DNA from: Oopsacas minuta
Lineage: Eukaryota; Animalia; Porifera
Reading direction: 5' to 3'
NCBI GenBank assembly: GCA_024704765.1
Contig: JAKMXF010000321.1
Coordinates: forward strand, 558,001 to 622,000
Length of the DNA: 64,000 nt
Part shown: positions 41,315 to 52,046 of the stretch, piece after piece
Numbering within the stretch: position 1 is the stretch's first letter
Layout of the letters: each line of letters begins with the position of its first letter
Notes under the pieces: generated by a model
Told to the model about the DNA's origin: nothing
Databases searched by the model: none
The model's input: the letters and a program-made list of their open reading frames with translations, nothing else
Translations under genes and position numbers: made by a program

Positions 41315-41962
41315 ATGGCTGACAAAGGCATACCAGAGGTTCCGATAGCTCTGAACGAGATAAAACCAGACAACAGGGATCCGCTAGACTTGGACGTTAA
41401 AGCACTTCCTTACACTAAATTCTACTGCGAGGAGAATATATGGAAATTAGCTGAACATATTTCTAACAAATGTACAGACTTCTCAAAATGTTACGTCATT
41501 ATATCTAGCAATGATAAGAAGAAAGTTCCATTCTTCCACCACAAAACTGGTAAAGCTGAGAATATGTACATGCAGATATGGGATTACCATCTAATTATAA
41601 TTTGGAAAGAAAGTAAGGAGCAAATCGTTGTTTACGATTTGGATACTAATTTACCTTTCCCGATGGTGTTTGATCAATACAAACAACTTCACTTACAGCC
41701 TGATATAATGAATCGAATGACAGCTGACTTCCAACGCTCTTACAGAATTCTGAAGGCTCAAGATTTTCTAAATTATTTTGCCAGTGACAGATCTCATATG
41801 ATAGAATCTAATGGGAGTTACTATGCACCACCTCCACCACATGATCCAATACGGACAGAGCATTCCACACATACCTTAGATGAACTGGTTGCTATGAAGA
41901 AGAATACAGCACCTGGCCATGTTTGTGATGAAGAGAGTTTTATCAAAATATTTTCTCCCTAA
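41315..41962 (+). CDS. NTAQ1: Protein N-terminal glutamine amidohydrolase, 215 aa
   Basis: YCEENIWKL (catalytic Cys), WDYHL (His; family motif WDYHV) and VYDLDT (Asp). Single exon. Confidence 0.95.
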   Translation: MADKGIPEVPIALNEIKPDNRDPLDLDVKALPYTKFYCEENIWKLAEHISNKCTDFSKCYVIISSNDKKKVPFFHHKTGKAENMYMQIWDYHLIIIWKESKEQIVVYDLDTNLPFPMVFDQYKQLHLQPDIMNRMTADFQRSYRILKAQDFLNYFASDRSHMIESNGSYYAPPPPHDPIRTEHSTHTLDELVAMKKNTAPGHVCDEESFIKIFSP

Positions 41963-42339
41963 CAAATTTCTATGCTAGAATACTATATTAATACACGGAC
42001 TAATATTTATTCAGCTTATAATTATTTAGATTTGCTTTATATGGTAATATAAATTATACTAACTTCAACTTTGATTATGCTAGTTTGACAAAATGTTTTA
42101 AGATGGATTTGATATATTTTACGTTATATACTAATCTCCTGTCCAACCAAGCGCAAGCAAGGAGTCAGTCAACATGACCTAGAACAACATTCAAGCAAGT
42201 ATACTAAATCCACAACATGGTTATTGTAATGTGTATGCATGATGTTGTGTGGACACTGGACATGTTACATGGAATAGTGTATTTTCTTATTACATATAAG
42301 TTGTATCAAACATGGTGCTTTTGCATGTAAATTCTATTA

Positions 42340-43266
42340 TCATTCTTTTATTCTGAATCTAAATAAAGATACTGGTCTTCCCTTTGAGCTACATAATCCT
42401 ACCATTTCCATTGTCTTTGTATCAAAAACGATTCCAGGATGAAACGTGTTATACACATCAAAATTATTCTCGAATGTTTTCAGAACTTTACCTCTTTTTG
42501 ATATAAGCTTTATATAATACAAACTACATGTTAAATAGTTAGAATTTGGAGTGACAGCAAAAAACTGAATAGAGTTAAGATCTAATTTAATTTCCTTCAA
42601 CAGTTCTTCTTGTTGTGAAAATATTTTCAAACCCATTATCTCTGTACACGCACCCGTATGAGGTTGTAATACATCTAGCACAATTATAGTATCCTTGTAT
42701 AGTTTTATATCTCGGGGCTGTCTCAAATTTGATCTAGCGAATTCACAATATCCGGTTTCATAGTGTGTCAGTATGAATATTCTGTGATTAGATACGTCAC
42801 AAATATAAATATTTCCTTCATCGTCAACTGTTATGCCGCAAATAAGGCCTTTGAAAGTCTTAGGATTATTCGTGTTTCTAAACGAGCATTTGGTGATTCT
42901 TTCTCCTTCTAGAGTGAACACAGATACCGCATATTCATAATGCTCAGTTATATAAACTCTATCATTAGCTACACATATTCCAAAGGGATGGTGTAATGAT
43001 TTAGTAACTGGAAATATGAATAGACAGTGAAACTCTGATGAGAATACTCTAATACATCTATTTGTCTCATCACAAACATATGTATTGGAAGTTAATGAAT
43101 GAAGTGCAAATCCTTTCGAACTAAATTGCATTATTGACGAAGTGCTGAGTTCTAAAACAACATAATCCTCATGTAAATTTGATTCAATTCTACAGTCTCG
43201 TATAGGGGAGTTGCCGGTGCTGATGAGCAGTGGACGTAGACTACCTTTTGAACTACGATTTCCCAT
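42340..43266 (-). CDS. NHL-repeat protein with N-myristoylation motif, copy A, 308 aa
   Basis: MGNRSS start (MGxxxS); HPFGICV, GITVDDEGNIYICD, QPRDIKL. Inverted paralog of 43942-44871. Confidence 0.92.
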   Translation of the reverse strand: MGNRSSKGSLRPLLISTGNSPIRDCRIESNLHEDYVVLELSTSSIMQFSSKGFALHSLTSNTYVCDETNRCIRVFSSEFHCLFIFPVTKSLHHPFGICVANDRVYITEHYEYAVSVFTLEGERITKCSFRNTNNPKTFKGLICGITVDDEGNIYICDVSNHRIFILTHYETGYCEFARSNLRQPRDIKLYKDTIIVLDVLQPHTGACTEIMGLKIFSQQEELLKEIKLDLNSIQFFAVTPNSNYLTCSLYYIKLISKRGKVLKTFENNFDVYNTFHPGIVFDTKTMEMVGLCSSKGRPVSLFRFRIKE

Positions 43267-43941
43267 TTCTTTTCAAAAGTATTTGTGTCTCTAAGTTTAA
43301 ATGAATGAATTATAATTGTATTTATCGAACTAGGAACGATTGCCTAAATAAATTTTGTTCTCCCTAGTTAATTCATTTACTAAATTCATTAATAATATAA
43401 TTATCGCTTAACTTTATTACAAGTTGGCTCGCACTCTATTATCTCGAATAATCGTCTCTATTGAATAATTGCCGCCGCTAGCAGGGCTTGAAATTAATGA
43501 TCGTAACAAATGAGAAATTGTTTTACGATGTCCAGAAATGACACGGGAATGGACGTTCAATTATCTGGCCAATTAATGCCATAGAAGTAAAACAAATCTT
43601 CCGTTGAGCCGACCTATGCTTCATAGAGAATATTAGGCTACAATACATGTTATCATGTTAATGAATTTAGTGAATGAATTAACTAGGGAGAACTAATTCA
43701 TTAGGAAATCTTTCCTAGTTCAATAAATACAATCATAGAGTAATCAATAACGTCTGGGTGCTGATTGTAAATTATATTTCTGAACAGGTCAGTATCACTT
43801 AGTATCAGTATGTATAGTGAGATTTATATTTGTAGATGTGTGTGATAACTTAGATCATGTATTAATTCTCATAAGTTTTATCTTACACAATTATAATTCA
43901 TTCATTTTAAACTTAGTAGACACAAATACTTTTGAAAAGAA

Positions 43942-44871
43942 ATGGGAAATCGTAGTTCAAAAGGTAGTCTACGTCCACTACTCATCCGTACTACCAACTC
44001 CCCTATTCGAGACTATAGAATTGAATCAAATTTACATGAGGATTATGTTGTTTTAGAACTCAGCACTTCGTCAATAATGCAATTTAGTTCGAAAGGATTT
44101 GCACTTCATTCATTAACTTCCAATACATATGTTTGTGATGAGACAAATAGATGTATTAGAGTATTCTCATCAGAGTTTCACTGTCTATTCATATTTCCAG
44201 TTACTAAATCATTACACCATCCCTTTGGAATATGTGTAGCTAATGATAGAGTTTATATAACTGAGTATTATGAATATGCGATATCTGTGTTCACTCTAGA
44301 AGGAGAAAGAATCACCAAATGCTCGTTTGGATACACGAATAATCCAAAGACTAATATAGCCTTTCCTAGCGGCATAACAGTTGACGATGAAGGAAACATT
44401 TATATTTGTGACGGATTTAATCACAGAATATTTATACTGACACACTATGATAGCGGATATTGTGAATTCGCTAGATCAAATTTGACACAGCCCCGAGATA
44501 TAAAACTACATAAAGATACTATAATCGTGCTAGATGTATTACACCAACACAAGAGTGTGTATGCGGATATAATGGGTTTGAAGATATTTTCACAACAAGA
44601 AGAATTGTTGAAAGAAATTGAGTTAGATCTTAACTCCATTCAGTTTTTCGATGTCACTCCAAATTCTAACTATATAATATGCAGTTCGCATTATATAAAG
44701 CTTATATCGAATAATGGTGAAGTTCTGGAGACATTCGAGAAAAATATCGAAATTTCGAACACGTTTCATCCTGGAATCGTTTTTGATAAAAAGCCAATGG
44801 AAATTGTAGGTTTATGTAGCTCAAGTGGAAAACCAGTTTCTTTATTTAGATTCAGAATAAAAGATCAATAA
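43942..44871 (+). CDS. NHL-repeat protein with N-myristoylation motif, copy B, 309 aa
   Basis: Same motifs as copy A; head-to-head with it. Confidence 0.92.
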   Translation: MGNRSSKGSLRPLLIRTTNSPIRDYRIESNLHEDYVVLELSTSSIMQFSSKGFALHSLTSNTYVCDETNRCIRVFSSEFHCLFIFPVTKSLHHPFGICVANDRVYITEYYEYAISVFTLEGERITKCSFGYTNNPKTNIAFPSGITVDDEGNIYICDGFNHRIFILTHYDSGYCEFARSNLTQPRDIKLHKDTIIVLDVLHQHKSVYADIMGLKIFSQQEELLKEIELDLNSIQFFDVTPNSNYIICSSHYIKLISNNGEVLETFEKNIEISNTFHPGIVFDKKPMEIVGLCSSSGKPVSLFRFRIKDQ

Positions 44872-45088
44872 TCATTGCACTGTCTCCCTGCTTTTCACTC
44901 CGTTGTCTCTCCCATTTCAGTTAGCTCTCTTTAGAGACAAATAATCACAAATATTCTCTCTCTGCGAATCGTAATTACTCCTTGTTATATTGTATTGAAT
45001 GTATTCTATATTTTGTTAAAATTCTAATTATTTTATTGTAATATAATGATAAGAAGGTTTAAATAAGAAATTAGTACACACGAATTAG

Positions 45089-47410
45089 TCAAATAAGAGA
45101 TCTTTCTTCAAATCCTCGAACTAGAAGCTCTTCTTGTTTGCCTTTGGTGTTGATTGGCAAGCGAGACTTTATGAACTGTACACTGCCACATCCTTCACAC
45201 ATTGATTTAGGATATGAAGAGTTGTATACAGTTTTCATATAGTCACAATCCTACAGGATATTATAGCATAAATATATTGTCTTATATTCTAGCCTAGTCC
45301 TGCGGTTCCCAACCTGAGGTCCATGCATGGACAACAGGAGGGGTTTACGGGATCAATTGCAGTCTATGGGAGGGGGTCCACGGGTGAAAAATGTTGGGAA
45401 CAGCTGGTCTAGTCTGTTGATGAGAAATGGACTAGTTTATCGGGAATCATATTGAAGCATGGATCCAGAAATGAGTCAGTTTTTAAGATAATTATCGTGC
45501 CTCGTAATTATATCTAATTTTGTTTAGAATATTATCCATGGTCTTAGTATGATTCCTCAATGAAGAGGGTATTCTATAAATATCTATCTGAAGCCCGTAG
45601 CAGTCAAAAGTCATTGGTCCGGTTGACCCATACTCAATGTGCTAACCCAGGGGTTTATCTAAGTGCTTTTCGGGCACCTAAAGTGCCAGTTCTGAAACCA
45701 TGAGGACAAATGTGCCGACCGTGAGACTCAATTTGTACAGGATCAATATGTTACCGTCCGAAAAGTGCTGGATCAGAAATTCTTGGAAACCGGGTACTGA
45801 CACCACCAATATGATCCAGTTGGAACCTGAGGACCAACCGAACCATCTACAGCCATATATCTATCAGAATAAATTACCTTACAAACAAAATAAGATTTGG
45901 TAACTCTCTTCCTAGTAAGTGTATGATATCTCTCTGTACATTTCTTAAGAACCTTTTCTGACGTGTAATTACATACTGTACATGTGATTAGAGTTACTTT
46001 AACATCTGTTAATGTTTTCATGAAATCAATCTTAGATTCTTGTTTCTGTAATATGGCTATATTGTTTTCAAGTTCAGCCATCTTTTCTTCTTCTACAATC
46101 CAATTATATCTTCAAATAGAGCAAATAATTAACTTTGGTAAGTTAAAATTATTAATAATATACTATAACTCTTGATTCGTAGAAGTGTGTTTGAATGCAA
46201 AGTTTCTGCAACGAAATTGGCTGAAATAATAAATTTAGTTGGGAACAGCAATATACGTCTATTCTCTATACTTAATAACAGACATTTCATTCCGTGGCGT
46301 TACACTAATCCATAGTCTGGTAGTCCCCATTCCAACAACTTAAGAAACTTTTATCACCCGCGGACCCCCTTATCTATTATATGGGATCCACTGACCCCAG
46401 TTTGAGAACCACTGAACTAGAGGAGTGCCTTTAAATAGCGTGACTCAAATGTTGGTATCCAATTATTAACGATTCTATTGTATGAGCTAATTAGGTATTT
46501 ACTTAGACTTAGAATTGATTATTTCTGTAAACTCAGATGGAACAGAAGACTCATTGCCTTGAGAACTCTGACTTTGATTACATTTCATCTGTTTTATTTC
46601 ATCCATTCTTTTACGTGAAATAGTTTTCACAGATTCGTTTGGATTGTTAGGCAAGATAGGTTTGATTTTAATTTTTGAGTTAATTCCTGAAAATGATTTG
46701 GAAGAGAGTTTTCCTAAATAGGATATATAATAATTGCATACAAAGAAAACATAAAAGATATCGTACAAACTTTGGACAATTGTTTCAGCGCCACCGCCCG
46801 CATCAAGTTTACCTGCCGCATGAATATTGCCAGTGTTTCACCATTTTCTTAGCGAAATTCAAATACACAAATAATATATAATTACTGATAGGTGAATATA
46901 TTATTAGAGATTTTATCTTCACAGACCTCCTTTAACACCCATAATTATCATTTTTCGAAGTTGGATGAGATTTCTCCATTAATTGGCTACTTTGTATTAT
47001 GATAACGTCATAAATAATGAGATAACGACGATCAAATCTCGCCTGCATGCTTAGATGGTCATCATATAGGCAGTAGAGCTGAAACAGGGGCCTTATCTTT
47101 AGCATTAATAATATTATGTGTTTGAACAATATTCATGATAGACATGATAACGTAAGTTACCCCTCTTTGCTGTGGGAGTAATGTAACTAGATGGTCTCTT
47201 CATGTTCGATTGTAAGAACCTTTCTGATGTTCTGTTGACTCCAGGATTGTAAGTAGACCTGGTTGCATTATGTTGATTAATAGTATGTATTTTGTGATTA
47301 GATGTCTCTGATTTGACAGATACCTTATTCAGTGATTTAGTACTGGACTGAACAGGCACAGGATTCATTTCCTTATCAATTTCATTAATAAGCAGTGAGA
47401 TTTCATTCAT
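45089..47410 (-). CDS. MCM10: MCM10-like protein containing only the C-terminal zinc domain, about 284 aa; complement join(45089..45250,45878..46109,46503..46713,47161..47410)
   Basis: SEFTEIINSKSK, ITCTVCNYT..KCTERYH..KSYFVCKDC..CEGCGS..ELLVRGFEE match the recalled MCM10 CTD (CCCH plus CCCC zinc sites; LLPRGEEH end). Phases 1, 2, 0 are compatible. An upstream in-frame ATG at 47620 is also possible. Confidence 0.8.
45300..45406. mobile_element. hAT/Charlie-like MITE family (CAGCGGTTCCCAACC ends); related copies near 2440-2598, 15225-15344, 28424-28549, about 46320-46415 and from 61802
   Basis: TIR C(T/A)GCGGTTCCCAAC / GTTGGGAAC(A/C)GCTG; flanks GCCTAGTC/GTCTAGTC with a CTAG core. Confidence 0.8.
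46758..47092. mobile_element. Tourist-like MITE T1, in MCM10 intron 1
   Basis: TTGTTTCAGCGCCA ... GAGCTGAAACAGGGGCC|TTA; interior shared with the copies at 2930 and 12249. Left end approximate. Confidence 0.75.
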
Positions 47411-48044
47411 GTTTATGTAATATGTTTCTAATACAACAATATAATTCAATGTCAAGTTAATTAAGTGGATAATTCCCTTCACAATGGCAAAGAATTGTGA
47501 TATATTCATATATATGAGACAATGGGACCGCTTCTTGGAGTGTCCGTTTGGGAGACTCCACTGTATATTGCTTTTGGCCCTGTTCTGAAAAGCGAGGGTC
47601 TTCTGTACTACGTAATTCATAATTTCTAACGTTTAAACAATTTCTTCATTAGATCCTGGGAAAACTTAAAAATAGCAACAAATCTGACACTTTTAGATTT
47701 TAGTTGAAGAATAAGGGATTTATTCATTTGGTCTTTGCTTAGAAAATATACATGACTCTTCTAATTACTACTTGACAACTTACAACAGACAGAAGCGATG
47801 TCCCCAACGTGTCCGTTATTCGGAATCTACTGTATATCCAATTTTACTGCAGATAAGTATCTAATACTATATTACACACATTGGCAGTAATACATTGATT
47901 GTACAACTTTGGAAATAATGACTCCTAGATCCTAAATGGCACAGTGACAACAATGCTCCACTTCACAAAATTCTGAATGTTTCATTAAGAGATATGCAAT
48001 ATAAATTTAAATATTTACAACAAAGACGTACGTGACATTAATAA

Positions 48045-49241
48045 TTATAACTGATTTGTGGTATATATATAGTTATGTTTGGAAATAAGAACTTTGACTT
48101 TATCCGGATCAGAGAAATACGAGAATCTATACTTTCTTGAGCTCATCCGTCTCTTTGTAAAGAATACTATATAATTCAGTGAAACAAATATATACGGAGA
48201 AACAAGCATACACATACCTAGTGTAAATGATATCTCAATCAGTGAACTGATTAATATGTCATAAAGCTTGAGAGAAATGGGTAGATCTATGTATGTAATG
48301 TCTAAATCATGACCGATTAAAATATCTCCTAATTTTCCAGGCTGATAGAGTACAGTTACAATTAGTTGATGAAGAGAGAGTATACACATACTAGCAATAT
48401 GTCCCAGTAAAGCGAGAGCTAACAGAACTGAAGTTATCCTATATTCCGTATGAGCTCTCTTATAATATGCTATAACATGTGGACTCTGGTTTTCATGAAC
48501 CTTTGCATCGAAAAATCTTTTATACAAAACTTTTCGTAGATTTGTAGAGGCTCGTAGGAATAATATAAACTCATAGATGATTTGGATATTGTAGAGAATT
48601 CGATAGAGAAATATCGTGATTTGAAATGTACCGATGAAAGTCAAGGCGATTAGCATGACAACAGATCGAATGAATTGGAATTTCAGAGAGTAGTTAGAGT
48701 GGAAAAAGCTATAACAATTAGCCATGTATTGCGTGAGAATACGGATTAACAATATAAGGAAAAGGAAGAAATTGAAACAGACAGTACTTTGGAAACGAGC
48801 CCATGTAGAATACAGAGAGTCAGAGAACGTGAATGATATCTTATGAAAAGAAGAAGAGAACAGTTTTTTGGGAATTATATCATCTTTATCACGCAAATAA
48901 TGAGTAGATGAAAATGCTAGCAACGAAACGATGAAAGTACACTCACTTACACAAATAGCGAATAGAATAAAATTCTTAATTCGGTTATTTTTTTTGTTTT
49001 TTAGGATACTTTCGATCACTTCTTCTTTCATATCACGATTAATATACCTTTCTTTCTTTCTAAAGCCTTTTATTACGCCAGTTAGTAAGTATAACGACCA
49101 ACAAAATGATAAAATTAGAAGAAGAAATGCTGTTATGGCCACCACGGGACCACATACTGCATTCACCCCTCTATTAATCAAACCAGCAACATAGTAAGCA
49201 ATAGTGATGTTATTGTGTTCAATTGTACTATTTGATAACAT
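48045..49241 (-). CDS. Intronless seven-transmembrane (GPCR-like) protein
   Basis: About seven hydrophobic helices; short N-terminus with NST and NIT sequons if the start is MLSNST at 49241 (ORF extends to 49322). No class A motifs recognised. Confidence 0.65.
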   Translation of the reverse strand: MLSNSTIEHNNITIAYYVAGLINRGVNAVCGPVVAITAFLLLILSFCWSLYLLTGVIKGFRKKERYINRDMKEEVIESILKNKKNNRIKNFILFAICVSECTFIVSLLAFSSTHYLRDKDDIIPKKLFSSSFHKISFTFSDSLYSTWARFQSTVCFNFFLFLILLIRILTQYMANCYSFFHSNYSLKFQFIRSVVMLIALTFIGTFQITIFLYRILYNIQIIYEFILFLRASTNLRKVLYKRFFDAKVHENQSPHVIAYYKRAHTEYRITSVLLALALLGHIASMCILSLHQLIVTVLYQPGKLGDILIGHDLDITYIDLPISLKLYDILISSLIEISFTLGMCMLVSPYIFVSLNYIVFFTKRRMSSRKYRFSYFSDPDKVKVLISKHNYIYTTNQL

Positions 49242-49996
49242 TATTCTTGATTTATAGTATTGTATTTGTAACTTGAATTTACCCAAATTTATAGGAAAAT
49301 TAATAACTATAAATAGATTCAAGAAATTAGAATAATTTCGGAAATGATTACTATTTTAGAATTCAATTACTATTGGTAAGGTGCACGGCACAGTAGGGTA
49401 ATGATTCGTGATCTTTTATAAGAAGTTTGCTTAACTCATTTCCAGTTAGATAATTATACCTTGCTAATTTGATAGAAACTGAAAAGTACTGAGTATAAGA
49501 ACAGTTCGATCTAATTTTATGAAATTGTCTAGAGATGGTAATATCCAGCACAATATACTAATATCTACTGACAATGCAAAAATAACATAAATAATCAGTT
49601 ATTTCGAAATATACAACTAAGTAATAGAAGTCCGCTAACAGAAAGGAAATTCCTAACAATAATGAACATATATGATCGGGATCACTTATTTAAATTACAG
49701 TACAAGAATTCTGTAAGTACGTACTCTGCTTATGCTTTGGCGTACACTCAGTTTTCCAAAACGGATTATCTATTCTTGTATCTGAAGAAAATCAGATAAG
49801 ACGCACTTCAGTTACCACGTACAGTAGAGTCTTGTTAATACGAACACGGTTAAGGAGTACAAATTTGTACACTTTATCAGTCCCCTTCGTTACAGTTTAA
49901 ATATTAGCTATACATGGATTGGGTTTAATCGAGTAAATAACGTAAATAATTAACACTGATTAACAGTAAAAGGAAGGATACTGAATTTCTGATAAT

Positions 49997-51244
49997 TCAG
50001 AAAGCTAGAAGATTATATTTCTTGTTCCTATGAGCTACAATAATTCTATTCTGCTTGTCAATTGCTACCCCATTCGGATGATAGAACTCCTGATCTTCTG
50101 GTAGCATATCACTACTGATAGTGTGTAGTACTTCTCCTTTATTGGAGAATATCTTTATTTGATTTCCTACCCAATCTGCTATGATAATATTCCCCAGTTG
50201 ATCAATTAAGAAGAAATAACTCCAACCAATCTCACTTTTTTCTATCAAACACCTCACTAGCTCTCCTTCTAGAGAGAATATTTGTAGATGGAAAGGAGGA
50301 TATTTACCAAACATGACATACATGTTATCCTCGTACAGTTTTATGCTGTATGTCTGCGTATCGAAATTAACTTGAATAGTTTTTAGTTTGATTCTTTTCA
50401 TGAATTTGAGATCTTTATCAAACACAATTACTGATTTGTTGTCATTCTCACATCCATAAACGTTCATGTTTTTGTCAACATCAATTCCCCAGACTCTTTT
50501 CTCTGTTTTAACCGATAGGATAGATTCATTGCTCGACTTTTCTATCTTTACTAGCTCATCTCCAGTAGATACAAAAATGAACTCATTCATTAGAGCGATT
50601 CCAGCAGGTTCTTGAGGTGTTGGTATTTTATAGAGATGGTTACCTTCTCCATTGAATACTTGTATTAAGTCAGTGTTATAATCAGCAACAAATATATTCT
50701 GTGTTTCATTGTCAATTACCATTTGCATTGGCTGAACAATCTCACCAGAACCTGTTCCTTCTCGGGACCAGACAGGACACGATTTCACAAAATAATCAAT
50801 AGGTCTCTCCTTCAGTACCACAACCTTGCCCACATCAATCACTGATTGTTCCAGCTGTTCCATCTTCCAGTCCAACTTTACCCACCCCATATTCACACCC
50901 CTTGCTACCTCCTCTCCGATCTCATCTTCTAGCGTCCGTAGATTCTTCTCCAGTACTTTCCTCAATTTGTTCTTAGTCAGGTCTCTCTCCAGTCCTTCCC
51001 TAGCTGTACACAGTTCCTGGAGGAGCTCTCTCTTCTCAGTGAACTCTTGTCTCGCTCCCTTAACAAACTCATCTATTTCTTGCAACAGACTGCACTCCCT
51101 CACTACTAACAGACTGTGTAGCTCCTTGAAGTTACTACTTACTTTCTCTTTCTCTAGCTGTACGTGGTTAGTCAGATCTGTTAGATTCCTCTCTAACTCA
51201 TCTACACACATCAGTTCTCCTGCTGCTACTACTCGTGTCGCCAT
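49997..51244 (-). CDS. Coiled-coil plus NHL-repeat protein
   Basis: Probable start MATRVV (51244; ORF track starts 51274), coiled coil, then QPMQMVID..NIFVAD, EPAGIAL, VWGIDVD, HPNGVAID. Same architecture as 39326. Confidence 0.9.
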   Translation of the reverse strand: MATRVVAAGELMCVDELERNLTDLTNHVQLEKEKVSSNFKELHSLLVVRECSLLQEIDEFVKGARQEFTEKRELLQELCTAREGLERDLTKNKLRKVLEKNLRTLEDEIGEEVARGVNMGWVKLDWKMEQLEQSVIDVGKVVVLKERPIDYFVKSCPVWSREGTGSGEIVQPMQMVIDNETQNIFVADYNTDLIQVFNGEGNHLYKIPTPQEPAGIALMNEFIFVSTGDELVKIEKSSNESILSVKTEKRVWGIDVDKNMNVYGCENDNKSVIVFDKDLKFMKRIKLKTIQVNFDTQTYSIKLYEDNMYVMFGKYPPFHLQIFSLEGELVRCLIEKSEIGWSYFFLIDQLGNIIIADWVGNQIKIFSNKGEVLHTISSDMLPEDQEFYHPNGVAIDKQNRIIVAHRNKKYNLLAF

Positions 51245-52046
51245 AACTCTTAACTCAAACGTATATTCTATCACTTAACTACATATAAATCTCATAGCCT
51301 ATTATAGTTTAATCTAATATTGAAAATCTCAAATTACAGCTGTGTTGACATAATTTTTAACTAAAATAATTACAGTGGATTATTGAGTCTATTATCTTCT
51401 ACGAAATAATCCATTCAGCCAAAGAAAATTTTAATATTTTTGTATTTAAATAATTGTGCTAATACACTTTAAAGTGTCAGAATTGAATTCTCCGTCTCTG
51501 TTTACGTAACCCTAATACGAAGGTGGAAGCTAATCTCTAAGACAATTTTGAAATAGTAACCAACTTTGTGAATGTTCTGGCCAATTGATCCCCCTAGATA
51601 TTTGGCCCAGGACATGAAAATACGATTAAGCATATGATAAATCATGTAGCTACAGATTTGAAATTCTCAAAATTGGACTCTATTGCACCAAATTTCCCTT
51701 GAGAACATGTTGAAACCCATCTCTAGCATGCTTTTGAATTTTACATTGGTGTGAAAATATGATTAATCACTAAAAATGTGTCTCACTATAGAAAAATTCA
51801 TATCGAGGTGCAAATTTCGGAGGAATTTTGATGGGAATCGGACTGCTAGATTTCGCGTCCACCAATTCTAACCTAATTTAACTTTCCAAAACATACCTGC
51901 AATTCAATACGAAATCATTGCACACTAATCAACAATACAAATACTCGAAAAACAACTAAGAATTACCTCGCTACACACTACAATGATCTATGAGAGTAGA
52001 GATCAGACTGATAGAGTGTATATAGTACAAAATTAATTCAGACAAT

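Noticed and set aside
45590-45870. GC-elevated intronic segment as a possible structured ncRNA
   Set aside because: No snRNA, 7SL, RNase P or snoRNA motif recognised; subterminal inverted repeats point to a MITE.
50826-51278. Antisense shadow ORFs (this one, and those at 2647, 8497, 30925, 39295, 48931, 56021, 58055, 58817)
   Set aside because: They lie opposite well-supported genes and have the composition expected of reverse-complemented coding sequence.
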